The position numbers and the translations under genes were made by a program. A stretch of DNA of 64,000 bases from Planctomycetota bacterium. GTDB taxonomy: Bacteria > Planctomycetota > B15-G4 > SIAN01. The notes under the pieces were generated by a model. The model was not told the DNA's origin, did no database searches, and worked only from the letters and a program-made list of their open reading frames with translations. Location of the stretch: NCBI GenBank assembly GCA_031409275.1, contig JANNXA010000034.1, positions 32,001 to 96,000 on the forward strand. Reading direction: 5' to 3'. Shown piece by piece: positions 9,874-18,301 of the stretch (position 1 is its first letter; each line of letters begins with the position of its first letter).

Positions 9874-9913
9874 TCGAGCCGGCGATGGACCCGCTCGCGC
9901 GCTGTCCTCAGGC

Positions 9914-9982
9914 TGGATGAAAAATCCCCGCCACCTGTTACGCCGGTGGAAGTGGATGAAAGATCCCCGCCACCTGTGACGC
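9914..9982. repeat. Two-copy 30-bp direct repeat with 39-bp period
   Basis: tggatgaaaaatccccgccacctgttacgc (9914-9943) and tggatgaaagatccccgccacctgtgacgc (9953-9982), 28/30 identical, between convergent genes. Confidence 0.85.
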
Positions 9983-9984
9983 GG

Positions 9985-11205
9985 CTACTTCGCGGCGTGG
10001 GCCTTCCAGTGCTCGCCCATCTCGCGGTGGATGCGCTCCATCATCCCCTTGGGCCAGAGCTCGGGGTGGGGCTGGTAGATGGAGCCGTGGTCGCGGCCTT
10101 CCACCAGGACGATCTCGGCGTCGGAGCCGAGCTCGGCGAGCTCGTCCTTCAGCAGCAGGGCCGGCCCTTCCAGCCGGAAGGTGTCGATCGTTCCGCAGTA
10201 GAGATGGAGCTTGCCGGTGAGCTTCGGGCCGATGGTGGGCCACTCGCGCTTCAACTTGAGCGCGATGTCGTAGGGCTGCCACGAGTCGGCGACGGCGGCG
10301 TCGATCGCACCGGTCTTCACGTCGACGAGCGACTTCGGCATTCCGTCAGGGCCGAGCTCGCTGAAGACAGCGTTGAAGCTGAAGAACTGGCCGCCGATCG
10401 GCTCCTGCGCCTGCTCCATCTGCATGAACTGCTGGATCGAGGTGGTGAACTTCCCGCCGCGCCGCATCAGCATGATCGGCTGGCCTTCGGGGTCGGTGAA
10501 CGCATTCTCGTAGCTGTAGATGTCGATGCCGGTGAAGTCGCGGAAGTCCGTCGAGTCGGGCGAGGTGGCCCAGCAGCCGCCGAAGAAGTCGGGGTAGGCG
10601 ACTTGCAGCCAGAAGACCGACCAGCCGCCGCTCGAGTGGCCGGTCAGCAGTCGTCCGGCTGGCACGCCGGCCGCGCCGTACTTCGCTTCGAGCGCAGGGA
10701 TGAACTCCTCCGTCAGCGCCTTGCCCCAGGGGCCGGCGGCGCGCGAGTCGGCGAACTCGTGATGGCCCCACTCCCACTGCGCGTTCAGGAAGACGTAGAG
10801 CATTCGCGGCGTCGCGCCGCTGTTCATCGCGGCCTGCAGCTGCGGCCCCTGGCCCCATGCGATCGTGTGGTCGCCGCCAAAGCCGTGCACGTTGAAGATG
10901 ATCGGCAGCTTCTCGTCGGGCTTGCGATCGAGCGGCTCGACGACGCCCGCCTCGATGAAGCGGTCGATGCCCCAGAAGTCGCTGACGCAGCTGCTGCGCA
11001 GCTTGAACTCGCTGATGCCCGGCAGCTCGACCGCCGGGAGGCGCGGTTGCGGCTTGGCGCCGGAGAGCTTCGGGCGGATCGCCGGCGCGGTCGCCGTGCC
11101 CGTGGCGCCTTGCTGCGCGCGAGCTTCAAAACTCGGAGCGGCGAACGCGACCGTGAAGAGCGCCAGCGCGAGCGACGCGCGGCGCAGGCAAGACAGTGTC
11201 GACAT
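9985..11205 (-). CDS. Secreted alpha/beta-hydrolase (putative esterase, Fes-like)
   Basis: Signal peptide; HGFGG, GHSSGGW nucleophile elbow, GTIDTF and GRDHG motifs. Confidence 0.85.
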   Translation of the reverse strand: MSTLSCLRRASLALALFTVAFAAPSFEARAQQGATGTATAPAIRPKLSGAKPQPRLPAVELPGISEFKLRSSCVSDFWGIDRFIEAGVVEPLDRKPDEKLPIIFNVHGFGGDHTIAWGQGPQLQAAMNSGATPRMLYVFLNAQWEWGHHEFADSRAAGPWGKALTEEFIPALEAKYGAAGVPAGRLLTGHSSGGWSVFWLQVAYPDFFGGCWATSPDSTDFRDFTGIDIYSYENAFTDPEGQPIMLMRRGGKFTTSIQQFMQMEQAQEPIGGQFFSFNAVFSELGPDGMPKSLVDVKTGAIDAAVADSWQPYDIALKLKREWPTIGPKLTGKLHLYCGTIDTFRLEGPALLLKDELAELGSDAEIVLVEGRDHGSIYQPHPELWPKGMMERIHREMGEHWKAHAAK

Positions 11206-11303
11206 CGGGTTTCGATCCTCTTCGCAAGCGATCCGTGGAGGCGCGGGAGGATAGCGGGCGTCGATCGGTGCACGGCGCGCCGCGGTGCGCCAAGATGCAC
11301 GCC

Positions 11304-11654
11304 ATGACACGCCTCACCACCGCTGCCGAACTCGCGGCCGCCATCGCCGCGCCGCGTTTCCTGCTCTTCAAGCACTCGACCCGCTGCCCGATCTCGGCGG
11401 CCGCGCACGAGGAGTGGGTCGAGTGGCAGCGCGTGCACCCCGATGCGCCGACCGCTTGGATCGACGTGATCGAGCAGCGGGAGGTGGTGCGCAACTTCGC
11501 GGCACAGTGCCGCGTGCGTCACGAGTCGCCGCAGGCGCTTTGGTTCGTCGCCGGCCAAGTGGTGTGGCACGCCTCGCACGGCGACATCACGGTGGAGTCG
11601 CTGCAGGCGGCTACGCCAGCAGCTCCCGCACCACCTCGCCGTGGACATCCGTGA
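11304..11654 (+). CDS. ytxJ: YtxJ (DUF2847) thioredoxin-like redox protein
   Basis: FKHSTRCPIS, VRHESPQAL and WHASH motifs; alternative start 11295. Confidence 0.85.
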   Translation: MTRLTTAAELAAAIAAPRFLLFKHSTRCPISAAAHEEWVEWQRVHPDAPTAWIDVIEQREVVRNFAAQCRVRHESPQALWFVAGQVVWHASHGDITVESLQAATPAAPAPPRRGHP

Positions 11655-13083
11655 GCCGCATGTCGCGGCCGCCGTGGCGGTAGGTGAGCTGCGTGTGGTC
11701 GATGCCCAGCAGGTGGAGCATCGTCGCGTGGAGGTCGTGCATCTCGAGCTTGTTCTCGACGGCGAAGTAACCGTAGTCGTCGGTCGCGCCGTAGGTGCTG
11801 CCGCCCTTCACGCCGCCGCCCGCCATCCAGACAGTGAAGCCGTAGGGATTGTGGTCGCGGCCGTCGCTGCCTTGCGCCATCGGCGTGCGGCCGAACTCGC
11901 CGGCCCATACGACCAGCGTCGTTTCGAGCAGCCCGCGTTGCGCCAGATCGCTCAGCAGGGCCGCGATCGGCTGGTCGGTAGCGAGCGCGTTGGCCGCATG
12001 CGCGTTGGTCAGGTCGGCGTGCTGATCCCATCGATCGCCGGCCGCCGGCGGGCAGGTCAGCTCGATGAAGCGCACGCCGCGCTCGATCAGGCGCCGTGCG
12101 AGCAGGCAGACGCGGCCATAGCGGCGCGTGTGGTCGTTGGGCGAATCGAGGCCGTAGAGCGCCTTCGTCGCGGCACTCTCGCCAGCGAGGTCGGCGACTT
12201 CGGGGACCGCGGTCTGCATCCGGAACGCGAGTTCCTGGTTCTTGATCGCCGCCTCGACAGCGCCGCGATCGCCCACGCGGCCGAGCGCGGCGCGATCGAG
12301 CTCCGCCAGCAGCGCGAGCTTCGACTGTTGCGCGGCGCTGCTCGCCTCTCGCGGCGCGGTGTCGGCGACGAGGCCGGCCTCCGGCTTGAACATCGAGGCC
12401 TGGTAGCTCGCGGGCAGGAAGCCGTTGCTGAAGGTCTCGAGTCCACCCGGTGGCACGAGGCCGCCGTTCAGCACGACGAAGCCCGGCAGATTGCCGCATT
12501 CGCTGCCGAGCCCGTAAGTCACCCACGAGCCCATGCTCGGGCGACCGGTCTGCCCGAGCCCGCTGTGGAGGAAGTAGTTGGCGCCGGGATGCTCGCTGAA
12601 CTTCGACGTCAGCGAACGCACCACGCAGAGTTTGTCGGCGTGCTGCGCGATGCATGGGAGCAGCTCGCTCACCATCAGGCCCGATTGGCCGCGCGGCTTG
12701 AACTCCCACGGACTCTTCAGCACGCTGCCGACGTTGGCGAACTGTGTTTTCGGGACATTGGCCAACTGGATTGGCTGGCCATGCTCCTTGGCGAGACGCG
12801 GCTTCCAGTCGAAGGTGTCGACCTGCGATGGCCCGCCGTCCATGTAGAGGAAGATCACCTGCCTGGCGCGCGCCGGATGGGGCGGCGCCTTCGGCAGCAG
12901 CGGATCGTCGTCCGAGGTCGCGCGCAGCAGGGCACCGTACGCCGACTCCTGCCACAGCGCGGCCGCGGCCAGCGCGCCGAATCCGTTGGCGCACTGCAGC
13001 AGCATCTCGCGGCGCGTGGTGGGGCGCACCGGCCGATGGAGCGGCGTCGCGGGCAGCTCGAAGCGATGGGCGAAGCGCGGCAT
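11611..13083 (-). CDS. DUF1501 domain protein (Tat-like RRE leader)
   Basis: TRREML leader; MDGGPSQVDTFD, ERGVRFIE, WDQH, GEFGRTP, GRDH and DLHATMLHLLG motifs. Confidence 0.9.
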   Translation of the reverse strand: MPRFAHRFELPATPLHRPVRPTTRREMLLQCANGFGALAAAALWQESAYGALLRATSDDDPLLPKAPPHPARARQVIFLYMDGGPSQVDTFDWKPRLAKEHGQPIQLANVPKTQFANVGSVLKSPWEFKPRGQSGLMVSELLPCIAQHADKLCVVRSLTSKFSEHPGANYFLHSGLGQTGRPSMGSWVTYGLGSECGNLPGFVVLNGGLVPPGGLETFSNGFLPASYQASMFKPEAGLVADTAPREASSAAQQSKLALLAELDRAALGRVGDRGAVEAAIKNQELAFRMQTAVPEVADLAGESAATKALYGLDSPNDHTRRYGRVCLLARRLIERGVRFIELTCPPAAGDRWDQHADLTNAHAANALATDQPIAALLSDLAQRGLLETTLVVWAGEFGRTPMAQGSDGRDHNPYGFTVWMAGGGVKGGSTYGATDDYGYFAVENKLEMHDLHATMLHLLGIDHTQLTYRHGGRDMRLTDVHGEVVRELLA

Positions 13084-13158
13084 GACGGCCGGGCATGATG
13101 CCGCGATGCGCCGGTTCGTCCATGGAGGACGCGCGACGGAATCGCGCAAGGAGCGCCG

Positions 13159-14256
13159 ATGAAGCCTGGGATTGCGACCGCTGCGACGCTGATCGTCGGT
13201 CTGGTCACCGGATTCGTGGCGGGGCGCGCGTCGGTTTCGCGCGGAGCACTCGCGGCGCCCGACGCGGCGCGGCTTTCGGGTCCAGGAGCGCACGCCGACG
13301 GGGCGACGCCGGCCGCCGCCGCGGAACGCGTCCACGGGGCCGGCATCGAGGCACCCGCAACGCAGCGCGTCGTCGCTCCCGCTTCGTCCGACGCGATCGC
13401 GGCAACGCCGGAGGGCGTCGCGGCTGGAAGCGTCGGCCCCGCCACCGCGCCCGCCAGCGCCACCGTCGAGTCACCGCCCGAGTTGACGTTGCGCGAGCGT
13501 CTCCTCGCCGCGTCGGAGGTGGAGCGCGCGCAGATGCTTGGCGCGCTCGTCGCGGAGCTGCGTGGGGCCGAGCCTGAGTCGCGCGCGCAGCAACTGCACG
13601 AACTCTTCAAGGCGGACGGATGGTTCAACGATCACCCGGGGCCGGCGCTCGACGACGCGAGTTGGCGCCTGGCGGCCGACACGCTGCGTGAGCTGCCCGA
13701 CGGCGGCGCGCGCGACGAGCTGCTGCAGACGCTCGGTCAGCAGCTAGCGCGCGTACGCGGGACCAACGCGATGTCGACGCTGGTGTCGCTGTCGACGCTG
13801 ACGCTTGCCGACGAGGCGGCGCGCATCGCAGGCCGCGCGTCCGATCCCGATGCGGCTGCCGTGGCGCAGATGCGCCAACTGCTCGCCGATTCGGCGGCGG
13901 ACGGCACCCTCGATGAGGAGTCGGCGCTCGACGCGGCGTTCGGGATCGGCGGCGCCAGTGCGAGCATCGACGATCAGCGGACTCTGATACGACTGGCGAG
14001 CGAGGGCCGCATGCCGCGCATTCGCCTCTCGGGCTACTTCGCCCTGGCCACGACGCCACCGAGCGCTGAGGTCGACGCCTTCCTCGTCCACGATGCCAGC
14101 AGCGCCGGCAGCTCCTGGAAGACGCGTGCGATGGCGTGGCAGGCACTGGTTCGCCGTGGTCGCGAAGAGCTGCTGCCTGCCCGCGTCGTGCAGGAGATCC
14201 TGGTCGAGTGGGAGCGCTCGGGCTCGACCGATCTGGAGCAGCTGTTCAACGAGTGA
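13159..14256 (+). CDS. Hypothetical membrane-anchored alpha-helical protein
   Basis: AAGGAG RBS; N-terminal TM/signal segment, Ala/Pro linker, helical C-terminus. Confidence 0.65.
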   Translation: MKPGIATAATLIVGLVTGFVAGRASVSRGALAAPDAARLSGPGAHADGATPAAAAERVHGAGIEAPATQRVVAPASSDAIAATPEGVAAGSVGPATAPASATVESPPELTLRERLLAASEVERAQMLGALVAELRGAEPESRAQQLHELFKADGWFNDHPGPALDDASWRLAADTLRELPDGGARDELLQTLGQQLARVRGTNAMSTLVSLSTLTLADEAARIAGRASDPDAAAVAQMRQLLADSAADGTLDEESALDAAFGIGGASASIDDQRTLIRLASEGRMPRIRLSGYFALATTPPSAEVDAFLVHDASSAGSSWKTRAMAWQALVRRGREELLPARVVQEILVEWERSGSTDLEQLFNE

Positions 14257-15223
14257 CCGGCGCGTTCCATTCGCCGAGCAGGAACGCCTGCGCGTCGGGC
14301 AGCAGCGGGAATGGCTTGAACAGCAGCTGCAATTGCACGCCGCTCGCGGCGGCATCGACGACGAAGCGCACCACCCGTGTTTCATCGACGTCGAGGCGAT
14401 CGTCGGCACGCGACTCCGTCTTGCCCGGCTTGCGCAAGGTGACGTACTGCGGCTCGCCGCCATCGACGACAAGCTTCAGCTGGAAGACTCGCGATGGGAT
14501 CTCGCCCGGAAAGCGATGGCCGGTGCGGTTGCGCAGCGTGACGCGTACTTCACCGCCGTCGCGCACGCACTCCCAGCCGATGGCGCGTCGGACGAAGTCG
14601 GGGTTCAGCCCGCCGTTGGGTCCGTGGCTGCGTCCCGCTCGATTCGTCGCTTGCGGCATGTGGCAATCGACGCATCGCACGCCGACTGCGTGGGCATCGG
14701 AGCGCTCGTACTCCTCGAACGCGTGGTGGGTCGGCTCGTGGCAGGGCCAGCACGACTGCGCCGACACGAACGCTTCGACGTAGCGCGGCCGGCACGGCGC
14801 GTCGACGACGGTGCGCGCTGCTGCGACGCCGTCGTCGAGCCCGTGGCACGACAGGCAGTGGACCCCATCGAGCTGGTTGAAGTCGCGATAGCGCGGCCGT
14901 TGATCGAGTCCGCTGGCCAGCACCGGCAACGGACTGTGGCAGGCGCGGCAGCCGGTCTGCGCGAAGTCGTTGGTTTCGGCGCGCACGTTCTCGTTGGTCC
15001 AGGCGTGCTGATGGAGGCTCTGCGACCACTCGCGATAGACCTCGAGATGACACGGGCCGCATGCCGCCAGCGACGGTCGATCGATCTGCTGCCAGGGCGG
15101 ACGCGCCTCCGCGAGCGTCGCCGATTCGTCGCTGGCCGGCGTCGGTTCCTGCTGACACGCGGCGAGCGCCGTGGCGACCGTCGCCGCGCGCACTCGCGCC
15201 CACCCCCGCGGCACCCGCCTCAT
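14246..15223 (-). CDS. Pentaheme c-type cytochrome lipoprotein (c554/c552-like multiheme)
   Basis: Lipobox LAAC; five CxxCH motifs (CGPCH, CRACH, CLSCH, CWPCH, CVDCH); GHRFPG; ATGA overlap with the upstream stop. Confidence 0.85.
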   Translation of the reverse strand: MRRVPRGWARVRAATVATALAACQQEPTPASDESATLAEARPPWQQIDRPSLAACGPCHLEVYREWSQSLHQHAWTNENVRAETNDFAQTGCRACHSPLPVLASGLDQRPRYRDFNQLDGVHCLSCHGLDDGVAAARTVVDAPCRPRYVEAFVSAQSCWPCHEPTHHAFEEYERSDAHAVGVRCVDCHMPQATNRAGRSHGPNGGLNPDFVRRAIGWECVRDGGEVRVTLRNRTGHRFPGEIPSRVFQLKLVVDGGEPQYVTLRKPGKTESRADDRLDVDETRVVRFVVDAAASGVQLQLLFKPFPLLPDAQAFLLGEWNAPVTR

Positions 15224-17673
15224 CGGCGACTCGTCGCGAGGAAGCGCGCCCACTCGACGTAGGCCGCTTCGCGCTCGGCAGGATCGCCATCGATCCAGTT
15301 CGCACACCAATCCTGGCTGGTGAGGCGGCGCAACGAGAGCCACGCGCACAGGCGCACGAACGGATCGTCGGCGCGCAGCAGGTAGGCCAATCGCGGCGCC
15401 ACGTCAGGGCGTTGCGTCGCGCCGAGCGCCACGCAGGAGGCGGCCTGCTCGGGGTAATGAGCGTTGCGCGCGCGCGCGGCCAGCGCCTCGACCGCGTCGT
15501 CGCCGCCTTGGCGCGCCAGCTCCATCAGCAGCGTCTCGCGCAGCGGGATCTCGGCGAAGAGGTCGCGCTCGACGGCGGTGGATCGCGGCGCCCGTCGCGA
15601 CGCTTCGAGGTGGTCGAGGATCGCGTCGCGCGCCGCGGCGCGCACTTCGGGCTGCTTCGGATGCTCGATCGCCGCTTCGGCCTGGCCGGCGAGCCACTCG
15701 ATCTGCTGCGCGACCTCCTCGTCGGATCGGCGGGGCATCGCCGCCGTCGTCACCAGCCGCTCCATCAGCTCGGCGGCCAGCTTGCGAAGTCGAAGTCGCT
15801 TCGGGCCGATGGCCACGGCGTCATCGAGGAAGGCGTCGACCCATGCGGTGAGGTCGTTGCTGGCGCGAGGCGCCTCTGGATCGGTCGATTGCAGTGCGGC
15901 GATCAGCTCGGCGTTGGCCAGTTTGTGGCGTCGCCCCAACACCTGCACCACCAGCAGCAATCGCCAGTGCTCCTCGGGCAGCTTGGGGGAGAGCAGTCGC
16001 AGTCCATCGGCTCCGATGAGGCTGCGCGCCACCTCGAGCGCGCGCAGGTCGTTGGCACGATCGAGCAGTTCGAGCAGCGCCAGACGCCACGGCAGCTCGT
16101 TCGTCGAGTCGAGCGCCATCGCGGCGGCGACATCGAGTCGATCGGGGTTGGGCAGTCCGGCGACGGCCGCCAGCCGCAATTCCGGCTCGCACGCCACGTC
16201 AGCGGCAATCTTGCGCAGCCGTGCGCTGCCGGCGTCGCCAAGCTCGCCCAATACGTCGACGAAGACGTGGCGCGCCAACGGTGCCACCCCGCCGAAACTC
16301 GGGCTCTCGAATCGCGTCAGGCGGCCCCCCGCAAGCGACGGCTCGTCGAAGGGCTGCACCGCGAGGCGTGCGCGTGCGGCGTCGTCGGGAGCGAGCCGCC
16401 ACGCGATCAGTCGCGCCAGCTGCACGATGGCTCGCGCGCGCAGGTCGGGCGGATCGGGGACGTCGGGTGAGTGATCGGGGCGGTCCACTTCGGCGAGGCT
16501 GCGCACCGCTTGCGTGAGCTCCTGGTAGGGCGCGATGAAATCGGCGAGCGCGCTCGTGTGGCGTCCGGGTTCGATGCGCGCCAGCGCGCAGAGGCGCCCG
16601 ACCAGCGGCTCCGCCTGCTGCGTCAGGAGTTCATTGGGTCGCACCAGAAGCGCGATGGCGGAAGCGTCTCCGAAGCTGCCGAGTGCGTGGACCAGCAGCG
16701 CGGCGAGGAACGGATCGACCTTGCTGGCCAGCGCCGCGCGCAGCACCGGCGCCGCGCCGCGCGCCCGCCGCCGACCCAGCGCGTCGATGGCGCGGGCGCG
16801 CGCGACCGGATCGTCGGAGGTCGCGACGACGCGCGTCAGCGCTTCAGTCGACGTGGTCGTGTCGATCATCCCGAGGAAGGCGACGGCGTTGCGACGCAGC
16901 AGCGGCGCGTCGCTGTCCGCCAGTTGCGCAGCGATGGGCAGCGCTTCCTCGCGCAGCAATGCGAGGCGACGGCCGAAACGGAAGTCATTGGAGTAGGGGC
17001 GCGCGGCGCAGAGCTCTTCAGCGACGAAGCGGCGCAGCAGCGTCGTCGATGGATCGAAGTCGCCGGTCGGGGGCAGCGGTCGCAGCGGCATCGGGCCGAT
17101 CGACCTGCGCAACGCTGATGCGAGGTCGGCCACTTCCGGGAGCGAGCCGCCCGCCTCGATTCCGGCGCGCGCGCCTTCACCGAGCAGGAGCAAGCGCGCG
17201 CCGATCTCGGAGCGCAGCACTCGGCCTGGATGGAGCATCGCCTGCAGCAGCAAACCGCTCGCGCGCCAGTAGAGCTCCTCGTCGAACGGCAGCGGCCACG
17301 CGTGGCCGAGCGCCGAGCGATTGCCTGTGACGGACGCGCCGCTGCCGGTGGTGGCGGGCGCGGCCCAGTTCAAATGGTTCGCAAAGTCGACCGTCAACAG
17401 TTCGCTCGGCTGTGCGATGCCCAGCACGGGAAGCGTCGGGCGCGCCGTGGGCGATGCGTAGCGACCACCGTCGCCGCTGCGCGCCAGCTCGAACGCCCCT
17501 TCCGGTCGCACGTAGCGCTGCGGCGTGAGCGGGGTCCAATCGAGCGGCGTGCCGGCGGCGACGTGGACATCGAGGTCAGGTGCGCCCGCGGCGGCGAGCG
17601 CGGCGAGGGCGATGACCGGCGCGACGGCGGCCGCGAAGATCCCGGCAACGACGATGGATCGGCAGCGCGACAT
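15220..17673 (-). CDS. Secreted HEAT-repeat protein
   Basis: Signal-like N-terminus; HEAT-like repeats (DSDAPLLRRNAVAFLG, DDPVARARAIDALG, DDPFVRLCAWLSL); alternative GTG 17694 coupled to the upstream stop. Confidence 0.7.
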   Translation of the reverse strand: MSRCRSIVVAGIFAAAVAPVIALAALAAAGAPDLDVHVAAGTPLDWTPLTPQRYVRPEGAFELARSGDGGRYASPTARPTLPVLGIAQPSELLTVDFANHLNWAAPATTGSGASVTGNRSALGHAWPLPFDEELYWRASGLLLQAMLHPGRVLRSEIGARLLLLGEGARAGIEAGGSLPEVADLASALRRSIGPMPLRPLPPTGDFDPSTTLLRRFVAEELCAARPYSNDFRFGRRLALLREEALPIAAQLADSDAPLLRRNAVAFLGMIDTTTSTEALTRVVATSDDPVARARAIDALGRRRARGAAPVLRAALASKVDPFLAALLVHALGSFGDASAIALLVRPNELLTQQAEPLVGRLCALARIEPGRHTSALADFIAPYQELTQAVRSLAEVDRPDHSPDVPDPPDLRARAIVQLARLIAWRLAPDDAARARLAVQPFDEPSLAGGRLTRFESPSFGGVAPLARHVFVDVLGELGDAGSARLRKIAADVACEPELRLAAVAGLPNPDRLDVAAAMALDSTNELPWRLALLELLDRANDLRALEVARSLIGADGLRLLSPKLPEEHWRLLLVVQVLGRRHKLANAELIAALQSTDPEAPRASNDLTAWVDAFLDDAVAIGPKRLRLRKLAAELMERLVTTAAMPRRSDEEVAQQIEWLAGQAEAAIEHPKQPEVRAAARDAILDHLEASRRAPRSTAVERDLFAEIPLRETLLMELARQGGDDAVEALAARARNAHYPEQAASCVALGATQRPDVAPRLAYLLRADDPFVRLCAWLSLRRLTSQDWCANWIDGDPAEREAAYVEWARFLATSRR

Positions 17674-17690
17674 GAACGGCTCTATCGCCG

Positions 17691-18269
17691 TCACGGCCGG
17701 CGGTAGCGCCCCGCCATCAGCACCAGCGAATCGCCGTAGCGACCCATGCCGTCGATTTCGTAGCGCGCGTCGGTGCCAGTGCCGAGGCAGCGCTCGCGGA
17801 ACGTCTCGCTGCGGCCGTCGCTCTGCACCGACCAGACCAGCTCCTCGTCGCCGTCGGGCCCCTTCACGAGCCGGCCGACATGCTCGACGTGGTCGCCGCT
17901 CTCCTTGTCGACGATGCAACGCAACTCGAGCGAGCCATCGGCGCGCCGCGTCGCGAGGTTCTTGCCGCGCCCCTTGGTGGTCTTGCCGCTCGCATCGGTG
18001 TCCGCCAGCACCACCTCCTGCGTGTTGGCATCGAGGCGCCGGTAGCTCTGTTTCACCGCGATGCGGTAGAGCTCCTTTCCGCTCGCGTCCCAGCCCACGA
18101 AGGAGCCCACCCAGTCGCCATCGAGCCCGGCGAAAACGGCGACGGGCTCGTCGGCGAGCGATGCCGTCGATGGCGGTGGCGTTGCGGCGGGTTCACCAGC
18201 AGCCAGGGTTGCCGACAGCAGCAGCGGCATCGCGCTCAGCCACCGGCGCGAACGGGTGAAATGGGCCAT
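17691..18269 (-). CDS. Secreted hypothetical protein (beta-rich, possibly lipocalin-like)
   Basis: GAGGAG RBS; signal peptide; LDGDWVG start of a beta-strand-rich domain. Confidence 0.65.
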   Translation of the reverse strand: MAHFTRSRRWLSAMPLLLSATLAAGEPAATPPPSTASLADEPVAVFAGLDGDWVGSFVGWDASGKELYRIAVKQSYRRLDANTQEVVLADTDASGKTTKGRGKNLATRRADGSLELRCIVDKESGDHVEHVGRLVKGPDGDEELVWSVQSDGRSETFRERCLGTGTDARYEIDGMGRYGDSLVLMAGRYRRP

Positions 18270-18301
18270 GGAAGACTCCTCGCTTTGCATTCCGGGCCCC
18301 C

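Noticed and set aside
9914..9982. Mini CRISPR array
   Set aside because: Only two repeats, a 9-bp spacer, no palindrome and no cas genes.
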